Program-made: the position numbers and the translations under genes | Source: Myxococcaceae bacterium | Lineage (GTDB): Bacteria; Myxococcota; Myxococcia; Myxococcales; Myxococcaceae | NCBI GenBank assembly: GCA_035622755.1 | Contig: DASPUU010000137.1 | Span: forward strand, 3,498 to 67,497 | Reading direction: 5' to 3' | DNA: 64,000 bases | Shown here: one piece after another, positions 28,014-36,822 of the stretch | Numbering within the stretch: the stretch's first letter is position 1 | How the letters are laid out: the number at the start of each line of letters is the position of its first letter | The notes under the pieces: generated by a model | The model's database searches: none | What the model saw: only the letters and a program-made list of their open reading frames with translations | What the model was told of the DNA's origin: nothing

Positions 28014-29696
28014 TCAGCGGGGCAGGGTGAGCGCGGCCGCCGGCGGGCGCGCGGCGGGCGAGGCTCCCTCCACCGGGAGCACCGCCACCCGGACGTCGGC
28101 GTCGCGCACCCGCGAGGCCTCGCGGGTGCCGAGCCGGGCCCGGGCGATGAACCGGTCGGTGGAGGGGGCGATGCGGTCCAGGAGCGGCTGGGGCTGGAGC
28201 CCCATGAAGACGACGACGAGCACGAAGGCGGCGGCGGTCAGCTTCTCCCGGAGGTCGAGGTCGCGGAGCCCGGCGTTCTCCGGATGGTTGACCGGACCGA
28301 AGAAGACCCGCTGCACCATCCACAGCATGTAGGCCGCGCCGAGGAAGGCGGTGGTGGTGGCCAGCACCGGGAAGCCGATCCACAGCGAGGGCGCGCGGAA
28401 GGCGCCGAGCAGGACCAGGAACTCGCCGATGAAGCCGTTCGTCCCCGGCACGGCGATGCTGGAGAGGGTGACCAGGACGAAGGTGGCGGCGAAGACCGGC
28501 ATCACCTGGCCGATGCCCCCGTAGTCGGCGATGCGCCGGGTGTGGCGGCGCTCGTAGAGGAAGCCGAAGAGGGTGAACAGCGCCCCGGTGGAGACGCCGT
28601 GGTTGAGCATCTGGTAGGCGCTCCCCGAGGCGCCCTCGGCGGTGAGGGCGAAGATGCCCAGCATGCACATCCCGAGGTGGGAGACCGAGCTGTAGGCGAT
28701 GAGCTTCTTCACGTCCTGCTGGGCCAGGCACATCAACGCCCCGTAGACGATGCCCACCACCGCCAGGGCGACGAAGACCGGACGGAGCTGGTAGGCCGCC
28801 CCGGGGAAGAGGGGGATGGCGAAGCGCCAGAACCCGTAGGTTCCCATCTTCAGCATCACCCCGGCCAGGATGACCGAGCCGGCCACCGGCGCCTCGACGT
28901 GCGCCAGCGGCAGCCAGGTGTGGACCGGGAACATCGGCACCTTGATGGCGAAGGCGACGGCGAAGGCGAGGAACATCCACGGCCCCCAGGCCTTCAATGC
29001 CACCGCCAGCGGAGACAGGCCGCCACACGTGGTGGGGTCGAGGCAGGCGGCCAGCTCCCGGTGAGCGGAGAGGAGGGAGTTGTAGACCACCGCGTAGTCG
29101 AAGCTCCGGGCGCCGGCCGGCTGTCCGAGGAAGTAGATGGCCAGGATGGCCACCAGCATGAGCAGCGAGCCGAGCAGGGTGTAGAGGAAGAACGTCACCG
29201 CCGCGGTCAGCCGGTCCTCCGAGCCCCACACCCCGATGAGCAGGTACATGGGGATGAGCATCGCCTCGAAGAAGACGTAGAAGAGGATGAGGTCGAGCGA
29301 GGCCAGCGTGCCGAGCATGGCCGTCTGGATGAGGAGCAGGGAGAGGTGGAACTCCTTGACCCGCTCCTGGATGAACTTCCACGAGCAGAGCACCACCACC
29401 GGCCCGAGGAAGCCGGTGAGCAGGACCAGCGAGGCGCTCAGCCCGTCGACGCCGAGGTGGTAGCTGATGCCCAGCTCGGGGATCCACGCCCGGCGCACCT
29501 CGAGCTGGAACTCGGGTCCCTTGGGGTCGAAGGCCCCGTAGGCGACCCCGGTGAGAGCCAGGTCGGCGAGCATCGCCACCAGGGTCCAGGCGCGGATCTG
29601 CCCCTTCTCGGCGCGGGGCAGGAAGGCCACCAGCGCCGCGCCGAGGAGCGGAGCGAAGACCACCAGGGTGAGCAGGTCTGGGCGGAAGCCGCTCAT
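28014..29696 (-). CDS. nuoM: NADH-quinone oxidoreductase subunit M
   Basis: From MSGFRPDLLTLVVFAPLLGA... (ATG 29696, ATGA overlap with nuoL stop). 560 aa. ND4-type motifs (LGVDGLS, FFEAMLIPMY, WLPLAHVEAP). Confidence 0.9.
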   Translation of the reverse strand: MSGFRPDLLTLVVFAPLLGAALVAFLPRAEKGQIRAWTLVAMLADLALTGVAYGAFDPKGPEFQLEVRRAWIPELGISYHLGVDGLSASLVLLTGFLGPVVVLCSWKFIQERVKEFHLSLLLIQTAMLGTLASLDLILFYVFFEAMLIPMYLLIGVWGSEDRLTAAVTFFLYTLLGSLLMLVAILAIYFLGQPAGARSFDYAVVYNSLLSAHRELAACLDPTTCGGLSPLAVALKAWGPWMFLAFAVAFAIKVPMFPVHTWLPLAHVEAPVAGSVILAGVMLKMGTYGFWRFAIPLFPGAAYQLRPVFVALAVVGIVYGALMCLAQQDVKKLIAYSSVSHLGMCMLGIFALTAEGASGSAYQMLNHGVSTGALFTLFGFLYERRHTRRIADYGGIGQVMPVFAATFVLVTLSSIAVPGTNGFIGEFLVLLGAFRAPSLWIGFPVLATTTAFLGAAYMLWMVQRVFFGPVNHPENAGLRDLDLREKLTAAAFVLVVVFMGLQPQPLLDRIAPSTDRFIARARLGTREASRVRDADVRVAVLPVEGASPAARPPAAALTLPR

Positions 29697-31918
29697 CGGG
29701 CGAGCACCTGGAAGAGGGCGTAGCCCACGCCGACCAGCAGCCCGACCGCCATCACCGCGGCGTAGGCCTGGGCGTCGCCGGTCTGGAGGTAGCGCAGGAT
29801 GGAGCCGATCCGCGCGGTGACCCAGGCCGTGCCGCGGACGGCCAGGGTGTCGATGATGAACTCGTCCACCACCCGGAACAGCCCGATGGCCAGCCACTTG
29901 ATGGGCCGGTAGATGAAGGCGTCGTAGAGCTCGTCGACGTAGAACTTGTTGACGGTGAAGGAGCGGATCCCGGCGAGGAGCGCCGGCACGGGCCGGCCGG
30001 CCCGGGCCGGGAAGACGCGCTTGTAGAGGACCAGCGCCGCCGCGCCCCCCACCAGCGCCACCAGCCAGCCGAAGACGTAGAGCAGGACGGTGACCGGGGT
30101 GGAGGAGGCCGGAACCTCGTGCAGGCTCTCCGCCTCCCTGGCCACGCCGGCGGGGAGGTCGAAGACCGGCTTGAGGAACTCCTCCATCACCGTCACCGGC
30201 GGTCCGCCGGGGCGCTGGATGACCCCGGGGATGCCGTGGGTGACGAGGATCACCGACAGGGCGGCGAGGATGACCAGCGGGGCGACCATCACCCAGCCGC
30301 TCTCGTGGGCGTGGGGGACCTTGGCCTGCTTGGAGCGCTCGCCGGTGAAGGCGAGGAGGTAGAGGCGGCTCATGTAAAAGGCGGTGGCCACCGCCCCGAC
30401 CATCCCGATGGCGTAGACCCAGGGGCCGACCCAGGGGGCTCCGGCGATGCGCGCGTGCAGCGCTCCGTCGAGGATGTCGTCCTTGGAGAAGAAGCCGCTC
30501 AGCGGGACGATGCCGGTGATGGTCAGGGTGGCGATGCCGAAGCAGGCCGTCGTCCAGGGCATCTCCTTGCGCAGGCCGCCCAGCCGCTTGATGTCCAGCT
30601 CGTCGGCATTGCCGTGCATCACGCTGCCGGCGCTGAGGAAGAGGCAGCCCTTGAAGCAGGCGTGGGTGACCAGGTGGAGGATGGCTGCCCAGAAGATGCC
30701 CACCCCCACCCCGAGGAACATGTACCCCAGCTGGCTGATGGTCGAGTAGGCCAGGATCTTCTTCATGTCGTCCTGGGCGAAGGCGATGAGGGCGGCGAAG
30801 AGCGCGGTGACCGCTCCCACCACGGCCACGGTGGCCATCGCCGCCGGGCAGAGAACGAGCAGGGGGCTCATCCGGCAGAGGAGGTAGACGCCGGCGGTGA
30901 CCATGGTCGCCGCGTGGATGAGGGCGGAGACCGGGGTCGGGCCGGCCATGGCGTCCGGGAGCCAGACGTAGAGGGGGAGCTGGGCGCTCTTCCCGGTCGC
31001 TCCGAGGAGGAGGAGGAAGAAGATGACGGTCAGGGTCCCGCCGTAGGTGTACCCGGCCAGGGGCCCGGAGGGGATGTTCGCCTCGAGCAGGTTCTTGTTG
31101 GCGGTCACCGCCGAGGGCGGGAGGACGCGGGCGAACTCCTCCAGCACCTGGAAGTTGAGCGGCCCGGGGTCGGAGACGGCCCGGGTCCAGATGGCCTTGC
31201 GCTGCTGCCAGGCGGTCACCGGGGTGGAGTTGGCCGGCGACTGGGCGTAGGCGGTGACGGTGAGGACGATGAGCATCATCGCCATCAGGAAGGCGAAGTC
31301 GCCCACCCGGTTGGCGACGAAGGCCTTGCGCCCCGCCCAGGCCTTGGCCTCGTCGGTGTAGTAGTAGCCGACGAGCAGGTAGCTGCACAGGCCGACGCCC
31401 TCCCAGCCCACGAAGAGGAGGACCAGGTTGTCGGCCAGCACCAGCGTCAGCATCATGGCCATGAAGAGGTTGAGGTAGGCGAAGAAGCGCCAGTACCCCT
31501 CGTCGTGCTCCATGTAGCCGGTGCTGTAGAGGTGGATGAGGAACCCCACTCCGGTGACCACCATGAGCATGGTGGCGGAGAGGTGGTCCACGAGCAGGCC
31601 GAAGTGGGCGGTGAAGCCCCCGGCCGAGAACCAGGTGCCCCAGTCCCCGGCCAGCGCGAAGCGGATGGCCGTGCCGCTGGCCGGGGAGAGGGCGAAGACG
31701 CTCGGGTCGGCGGCCACCGCCTGGAAGACGAACACCGAGAGGACGAAGCTCCCCAGCACCGTGGCGCAGGCGAGGAGATTGACGTAGGTGCGCCCCAGCG
31801 CCTTGCCGAGCACGCCGCACACCAGCGCCCCCAGGGCGGGCAGGGCGATGATCAGCCAGAGCGACGCGGAGAGCGCCCTCGGGTCGGCCCACGCCTTGGT
31901 CAGCCAGGAGGTGTCCAT
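29693..31918 (-). CDS. nuoL: NADH-quinone oxidoreductase subunit L
   Basis: 741 aa, ND5-type (GWEGVGLCSYLLVGYY, WLPDAMAGPTPVSALIHAATMVTAG). Confidence 0.9.
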   Translation of the reverse strand: MDTSWLTKAWADPRALSASLWLIIALPALGALVCGVLGKALGRTYVNLLACATVLGSFVLSVFVFQAVAADPSVFALSPASGTAIRFALAGDWGTWFSAGGFTAHFGLLVDHLSATMLMVVTGVGFLIHLYSTGYMEHDEGYWRFFAYLNLFMAMMLTLVLADNLVLLFVGWEGVGLCSYLLVGYYYTDEAKAWAGRKAFVANRVGDFAFLMAMMLIVLTVTAYAQSPANSTPVTAWQQRKAIWTRAVSDPGPLNFQVLEEFARVLPPSAVTANKNLLEANIPSGPLAGYTYGGTLTVIFFLLLLGATGKSAQLPLYVWLPDAMAGPTPVSALIHAATMVTAGVYLLCRMSPLLVLCPAAMATVAVVGAVTALFAALIAFAQDDMKKILAYSTISQLGYMFLGVGVGIFWAAILHLVTHACFKGCLFLSAGSVMHGNADELDIKRLGGLRKEMPWTTACFGIATLTITGIVPLSGFFSKDDILDGALHARIAGAPWVGPWVYAIGMVGAVATAFYMSRLYLLAFTGERSKQAKVPHAHESGWVMVAPLVILAALSVILVTHGIPGVIQRPGGPPVTVMEEFLKPVFDLPAGVAREAESLHEVPASSTPVTVLLYVFGWLVALVGGAAALVLYKRVFPARAGRPVPALLAGIRSFTVNKFYVDELYDAFIYRPIKWLAIGLFRVVDEFIIDTLAVRGTAWVTARIGSILRYLQTGDAQAYAAVMAVGLLVGVGYALFQVLAR

Positions 31919-31934
31919 GTGGTCGCCGGGGGCC

Positions 31935-32255
31935 TCAGTACTTCATGGTCCGGATGTCCTCCACGTTCACCGTTCCGCGGTTGCGGAAGACGGCGATGAC
32001 GATGGCCAGCCCGATGGCCGCCTCGGCCGCGGCCACGGCGATGACGAAGAGGGCGGCCAGGTGCCCGGTCAGGTCGAGCCGGTCCCGGGCGAAGGCGAGG
32101 AAGGTGAGGTTGGCGGCGTTGAGCATGAGCTCGATGCTCATGAAGACCACCAGCGCGTTCCGCCGGACGAGCACCCCGAGCATGCCCATGCAGAAGAGCA
32201 GCGCCGCCACGAGCAGGTAGTTCTGGATGGCGACCTGGCTGGCGGGGAGGCTCAT
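31935..32255 (-). CDS. nuoK: NADH-quinone oxidoreductase subunit K
   Basis: 106 aa, three TM helices, ND4L pattern (MSIELMLNAANL..., AAAEAAIGLAI). Confidence 0.9.
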   Translation of the reverse strand: MSLPASQVAIQNYLLVAALLFCMGMLGVLVRRNALVVFMSIELMLNAANLTFLAFARDRLDLTGHLAALFVIAVAAAEAAIGLAIVIAVFRNRGTVNVEDIRTMKY

Positions 32256-32268
32256 GGGCGAAGGGTTC

Positions 32269-32784
32269 CTAGATGCGGGGCTTGGCCACCACCACCGCGC
32301 CGACCATGGCCACCAGCAGCAGGAGGGACACGGCCTCGAAGGGGAAGATCCACCGGGTGTAGAGCAGCCCTCCCACCGCCTCCAGCGTGCCGAACCGCGC
32401 GGCCTCGGCCGGCTTGCCGACGACCCCGGCGGCCTGCCAGCGCGACAGGGCGGCCACCAGCACCACCAGGAGCCCGGCGGCGGACAGGGCGCCGACCACG
32501 CGGTGGAGGCTGACCCGCCGCACCGGCTCGCCCAGGTCGGTGAGCGAGAGGAGCATGATCACGAAGAGGAAGAGCACCATGATCGCCCCGGCGTAGACCA
32601 GGACTTGGAGCACGGCGATGGTGTGGGCCAGGAGCAGCACGTAGAGGCCGGCGAGGAAGAAGAAGGTCGCCACCAGCGACATGGCCGAGTTGATCGGGTT
32701 CCGCGCGGCGATGACCAGCGCGGCCGAGACCAGGGTGGCCGCGGCGAGCAGGTAGAAGACCACCTCCTGGGCGCTGAAGCTCAC
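32269..32784 (-). CDS. nuoJ: NADH-quinone oxidoreductase subunit J
   Basis: GTG 32784 (GTGA overlap with nuoF stop). 171 aa, ND6-type (RNPINSAMSLV..FF.LAGLYVLL.A...A.LQVLVYAGAIMVLFLFVIM). Confidence 0.85.
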   Translation of the reverse strand: MSFSAQEVVFYLLAAATLVSAALVIAARNPINSAMSLVATFFFLAGLYVLLLAHTIAVLQVLVYAGAIMVLFLFVIMLLSLTDLGEPVRRVSLHRVVGALSAAGLLVVLVAALSRWQAAGVVGKPAEAARFGTLEAVGGLLYTRWIFPFEAVSLLLLVAMVGAVVVAKPRI

Positions 32785-34115
32785 GCGGGCAGCGCTCCGT
32801 AGTGGCCCCAGGGCCGGTCGCCGAAGGGGCACCGGTGCTGGAAGACGTGCGCCTCGAACTCGCCCCGGAAGCGCGACACGAAGCTGTGGATGGGCAGGGC
32901 GATGGAATCCCCCAGCGCGCAGATGGTGTTCCCCAGCCCGATGGGAGGGAAGGGGGCGATGCTGTGCGCCACGTGGAGGAGGATGTCCAGGTCTTCCGGC
33001 TCCCCGCGGCCCTCCTCGATCTTGCGCAGGATCCGCGCCGCCCACGGCCCCCCCTCGCGGCAGGGGGTGCACTGGCCGCAGGATTCCTCGGCGTAGAAGC
33101 GCGTCACCCGCCACAGGCAGCGGACCATGCAGGTGGCGTCGTCCATGACGATGACCCCGCCGGACCCGGCCATGTTGTCCACCTTCTTCAGCGCCTCGAA
33201 CTCCAGCTCCACGTCGAGCTCGTGGGCGGCCAGGACCGGAGCGCTCGAGCCGCCGGGGATGACCGCCTTCACCCGCCGCCCGGCCGGCATGCCCTGGCCG
33301 TAGCGCTCGTCCTCGATCAGCTGGCGCACGGTGGTGCGCATGGAGATCTCGAACACGCCCGGCCGCCGGACCGAACCGGAGAGACAGATGAGCTTCGTCC
33401 CCCCCGACTTCTCGGTGCCGAGCCGGGCGTACCACTCCCCGCCGTGCTCGATGATGTGGGGGACGGAGGAGATGGTCTCCACGTTGTTGACCACCGTCGG
33501 GCATCCGAAGAGCCCGACCACCGCCGGGAAGGGAGGCTTGAGCCGAGGCCAGCCCTTCTTCCCCTCCAGGGACTCGAGCATCCCCGTCTCCTCGCCGCAG
33601 ATGTAGGCCCCGGCGCCGCGGACGACGTAGACGTCGAGGGCGAAGGGGCGCCCGAGGACGCTCTTGCCCAGGATGCCCGCCCGGTAGGCCTCCTCGACGG
33701 CCCGCTCCAGCCGCTCCACCTGGAACTTGAACTCGCCCCGCGCGTAGACGTAGGCCGTGTGCGCGCCCAGCGCCCAGCAGGTGATGGCGATGCCCTCGAT
33801 GAGCATGTGCGGGTCATGCTCGAGGATGTACCGGTCCTTGAACGTCCCCGGCTCCGACTCGTCGGCGTTCACCGCCAGGTACCTCGGCCTGGGGTTGTCC
33901 TTGGGGACGAAGCTCCACTTCATCCCGGTGGGGAACCCGGCGCCCCCCCGCCCCCGGAGGTTGCTCCGCTTGACCTCCTCGGTGACCTGGTCCGGGGCCA
34001 TCCCCAGCGCCTTCTCCAGCGACTTGTAGCCGCCCGAGTCCTGGTAGGCGCGCAGCGTCCAGGACTCGGGCTTGCCCCAGTTCCGGGTGATGACCTTTTC
34101 GGCGGCCGGAAGCAT
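32781..34115 (-). CDS. nuoF: NADH-quinone oxidoreductase subunit F
   Basis: GRGGAGFPTGMKW (FMN/NADH site), 4Fe-4S motif ESCGQCTPCREG. 444 aa from ATG 34115 inside track ORF 32781..34745. Confidence 0.92.
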   Translation of the reverse strand: MLPAAEKVITRNWGKPESWTLRAYQDSGGYKSLEKALGMAPDQVTEEVKRSNLRGRGGAGFPTGMKWSFVPKDNPRPRYLAVNADESEPGTFKDRYILEHDPHMLIEGIAITCWALGAHTAYVYARGEFKFQVERLERAVEEAYRAGILGKSVLGRPFALDVYVVRGAGAYICGEETGMLESLEGKKGWPRLKPPFPAVVGLFGCPTVVNNVETISSVPHIIEHGGEWYARLGTEKSGGTKLICLSGSVRRPGVFEISMRTTVRQLIEDERYGQGMPAGRRVKAVIPGGSSAPVLAAHELDVELEFEALKKVDNMAGSGGVIVMDDATCMVRCLWRVTRFYAEESCGQCTPCREGGPWAARILRKIEEGRGEPEDLDILLHVAHSIAPFPPIGLGNTICALGDSIALPIHSFVSRFRGEFEAHVFQHRCPFGDRPWGHYGALPA

Positions 34116-34144
34116 GGGGTTCGGGTCCTTCCCTCCCTGGAACT

Positions 34145-34633
34145 TCAGGACAGCTGGTCGAAGATGGCATCCACCCGGCCGCGGGTGAGGTTCTCGTGGT
34201 GGACCTCGTCCACCTGGAGGCAGGGAGCCGTGCCGCACGAGGCCAGGCACTCCGTCTCGCGGAGCGTCCACCGCTCGTTGGACGTTCCGGATTTCAGGCC
34301 CAGGCGGTTCTCCAGGTGGACGAGCAGCTCCTCCGCCCCCCGCAGCGAGCAGGAGAGGTTGGTGCACACGTCCACCACGTGCTTGCCCGGCTTGGTGGTG
34401 TGGAACATCACGTAGAAGGTGGCCACCTCGTAGGCCCGCTCCGGGGACACCCCCAGGGCGCGGGCGACGAGCACCATCCCGTCCGGGGGGAGCCAGCCCT
34501 TGATGTCCTGGAGGAGGCGCAGCGCGGGCAGCATCGCCGCGCCTTTGCGGTCCGGCGGGTAGTGCGCGAGAATCTCCGATAGCTTCGCGTCGAAGACGCG
34601 CTGCTCCTCGGCCGAGAAGAAGGGCGACCCCAT
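34145..34633 (-). CDS. nuoE: NADH-quinone oxidoreductase subunit E
   Basis: 2Fe-2S ligand pattern (VCTNLSCSLRG ... CLASCGTAPC). 162 aa from ATG 34633 inside track ORF 34145..34948. Confidence 0.9.
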   Translation of the reverse strand: MGSPFFSAEEQRVFDAKLSEILAHYPPDRKGAAMLPALRLLQDIKGWLPPDGMVLVARALGVSPERAYEVATFYVMFHTTKPGKHVVDVCTNLSCSLRGAEELLVHLENRLGLKSGTSNERWTLRETECLASCGTAPCLQVDEVHHENLTRGRVDAIFDQLS

Positions 34634-34676
34634 CGGGGCGGCTTCGTAGGGGCTTTCGAGGGTCCCTGTCAACGAT

Positions 34677-35426
34677 GTGGACGTGAGCATGGAGGACGAC
34701 GAGAAGCGCGGTGACCCGCGTCTGCCATTCGTCCTGCGCGTCCATTTTCGCGATCGCGCCGAGGCGCTGAGCGCCACCGAGAATCTCTCGCGCGGCGGGC
34801 TGTTCGTGCAGACCCGGGCGGCGCTCGGCCCCGGCGACCCGGTGGCGCTGGCCGTCTCCTTCCCCGGGCTGCTCGAGCCCGTTCCCCTCCAGGGCGAGGT
34901 GGTCTGGGTGCGCGTTCCCCGCCCGGACGCGGTGGGGGGCTTGGGCATCCGGGTGGCGGATCCGGCGGCCCGCGCGCGCCTCCAGGCGGTGCTCGCCGAG
35001 GGCGCTCCCCCGCGGCCGGCCGCGTCACCGGCCGGCTACCGGGTGCTCCTGGTGGAGGACAATCCCCATGTCCTGGAGATGGTCAGCTATGTCCTGAAGA
35101 AGCTGGCCAACCAGGAACTCGGGGGCCGGGTGCCCCTGGAGGTCCACTTCGCCCAGGACGGACACGGGGCGCTGGTCCAGCTGGAGCGCCTCCGGTTCGA
35201 CCTGGTGGTCACCGACCTCTACATGCCTGTGCTGGATGGATTCCAGCTTCTGCAGCGGATGAAATCCGATCCGCGCACCCGGGCCATTCCCGTGGTAGCC
35301 ATCAGCGGGGGTGGGACGGAGGCGCAGGTGCGCGCCACCGACTTCGGGGTGGACGTGTACCTGGGCAAGCCGCTGAAGTTCGTCCAGGTCCTGGAGACGG
35401 TGAAGCAGTTGCTGCGAATCAGCTAA
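34677..35426 (+). CDS. PilZ domain - response-regulator receiver protein
   Basis: PilZ motifs RGDPR (RxxxR) and NLSRGG (D/NxSxxG). Receiver with EDN acidic pocket, phospho-acceptor D in VVTDLYMP and conserved K (LGKPL). GTG 34677 or ATG 34689. Confidence 0.8.
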   Translation: MDVSMEDDEKRGDPRLPFVLRVHFRDRAEALSATENLSRGGLFVQTRAALGPGDPVALAVSFPGLLEPVPLQGEVVWVRVPRPDAVGGLGIRVADPAARARLQAVLAEGAPPRPAASPAGYRVLLVEDNPHVLEMVSYVLKKLANQELGGRVPLEVHFAQDGHGALVQLERLRFDLVVTDLYMPVLDGFQLLQRMKSDPRTRAIPVVAISGGGTEAQVRATDFGVDVYLGKPLKFVQVLETVKQLLRIS

Positions 35427-35451
35427 CATCCGACGAGTTTTGAGGAACGCC

Positions 35452-36822
35452 ATGAACACGCAGAGGGCGCCCATCACCCGCGACACGGTGAGCGGAGAGG
35501 CGTTGTTCATTCTCAAGAATCTCCGGGAGAACAGCCGGCTCGGGCGCTCGAACAAGCTGGCCGACGTCAAGACGGCCCTCGAGCCCGCCGTCTCCCTGGA
35601 GTTCGACGCGTACTTCTTCTTCCTCCGGAAGTTCCACTACATCGCCATGGATCGCGAGGCCCAGCTGCGGCTGACCGACACCGGCGAGCGGGTGGTGGAG
35701 GGCAACGAGCTGGACCGCTTCAGCGGTGAGGTGGGGGAGTTCTTTTCCGAGCAGCTGGGCTCGTCCGATGAGCCGATCGGGCCCTCGTACCCCGTCGTCG
35801 AGGTGGAGCCGGTGGTCTCCATCTCGGAGCACGTCACCTTGGAGAGCTCAGTGTCCCAGCCCCCTCCCTCCTCGAGCACCCCCGCTCCGCGCCCCGCTCC
35901 GCGTCGGGCCTCCACCGCGGTCGACGGGCTCCAGGCCGTGGACGGGCGCCCCTCCGCCGCCCCGAGCAAGGCGGGCGACGGCGACCTGCGCTACACCAAG
36001 TTCGACGCCATCGGCTCCGGCCCGCTGGGGACGGTCTACAAGGGCCGGCAGAACAGCCTGGGGACGGAGGTGTCGATCAAGGAGCTGAAGGACATCTTCG
36101 GCTACTTCTCCTTCCTGCAGCGCTCGGACGTGGTGAAGCGGCTCAAGACCGAGCTCTGCGCCCAGGCCCAGGTCCGCCACCCCGGGGTGGTGACCATCCT
36201 CGACCAGAACACCGACGTCGGCCGCCCCTACGTGGTGATGGAGCTCCTGCGCGGCAACCTGCGCGAGCGCCTGGACCAGTCGGCCGGCAAGGGCCTCCCG
36301 GTGGCCCAGGCGATGCGGACCTTCCTCCAGCTCGCCTACGGGCTCCGCGCCGCGCATGCCCAGGGCCTCACCCACCAGAACATCAAGCCGGAGAACGTCC
36401 TCTTTGACGGCTACGGGAACGCCAAGCTCGGCGACTTCGGCCTGAGCCGGGTCATCGAGATCGAGTCCGGCAAGGGCATGCCCCAGGTCTACGTGGGGAC
36501 GGGCTCGCTCAGCTACCTGGCCCCGGAGCTGATCGTGAAGGCCAAGGATGCCGGGGCGGCGGCGGACGTGTACGGGCTGGGCATCCTCCTCTACGAGATG
36601 CTCACCGGCGGCATCCCCGGCCGGCGCTCGCCGCTCCCCTCCGAGGTGCGCAGCGAGGCGCCGAGCAAGCTCGACCCCATCTTCGACAAGATGACCCACG
36701 ACCGGCGAGAGGCCCGCTACCCGGACTTCGACGCCATGCTCGAGGAGTTCTACGGCGCCTTCAGCGACGGGGAGTACCTCGGGCGCGGCGACCTGGTCCT
36801 CTCCTCCGAGCCGCTGCGCTGA
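35452..36822 (+). CDS. Ser/Thr-kinase-fold protein, predicted pseudokinase (HRD replaced by HQN), with unknown N-terminal domain
   Basis: GAGGAA 5 nt before ATG 35452. Gly loop IGSGPLGTVYKG, VSIK Lys, DFG, APE present. Catalytic loop reads LTHQNIKPENV (codons 36373-36381). Confidence 0.75.
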   Translation: MNTQRAPITRDTVSGEALFILKNLRENSRLGRSNKLADVKTALEPAVSLEFDAYFFFLRKFHYIAMDREAQLRLTDTGERVVEGNELDRFSGEVGEFFSEQLGSSDEPIGPSYPVVEVEPVVSISEHVTLESSVSQPPPSSSTPAPRPAPRRASTAVDGLQAVDGRPSAAPSKAGDGDLRYTKFDAIGSGPLGTVYKGRQNSLGTEVSIKELKDIFGYFSFLQRSDVVKRLKTELCAQAQVRHPGVVTILDQNTDVGRPYVVMELLRGNLRERLDQSAGKGLPVAQAMRTFLQLAYGLRAAHAQGLTHQNIKPENVLFDGYGNAKLGDFGLSRVIEIESGKGMPQVYVGTGSLSYLAPELIVKAKDAGAAADVYGLGILLYEMLTGGIPGRRSPLPSEVRSEAPSKLDPIFDKMTHDRREARYPDFDAMLEEFYGAFSDGEYLGRGDLVLSSEPLR

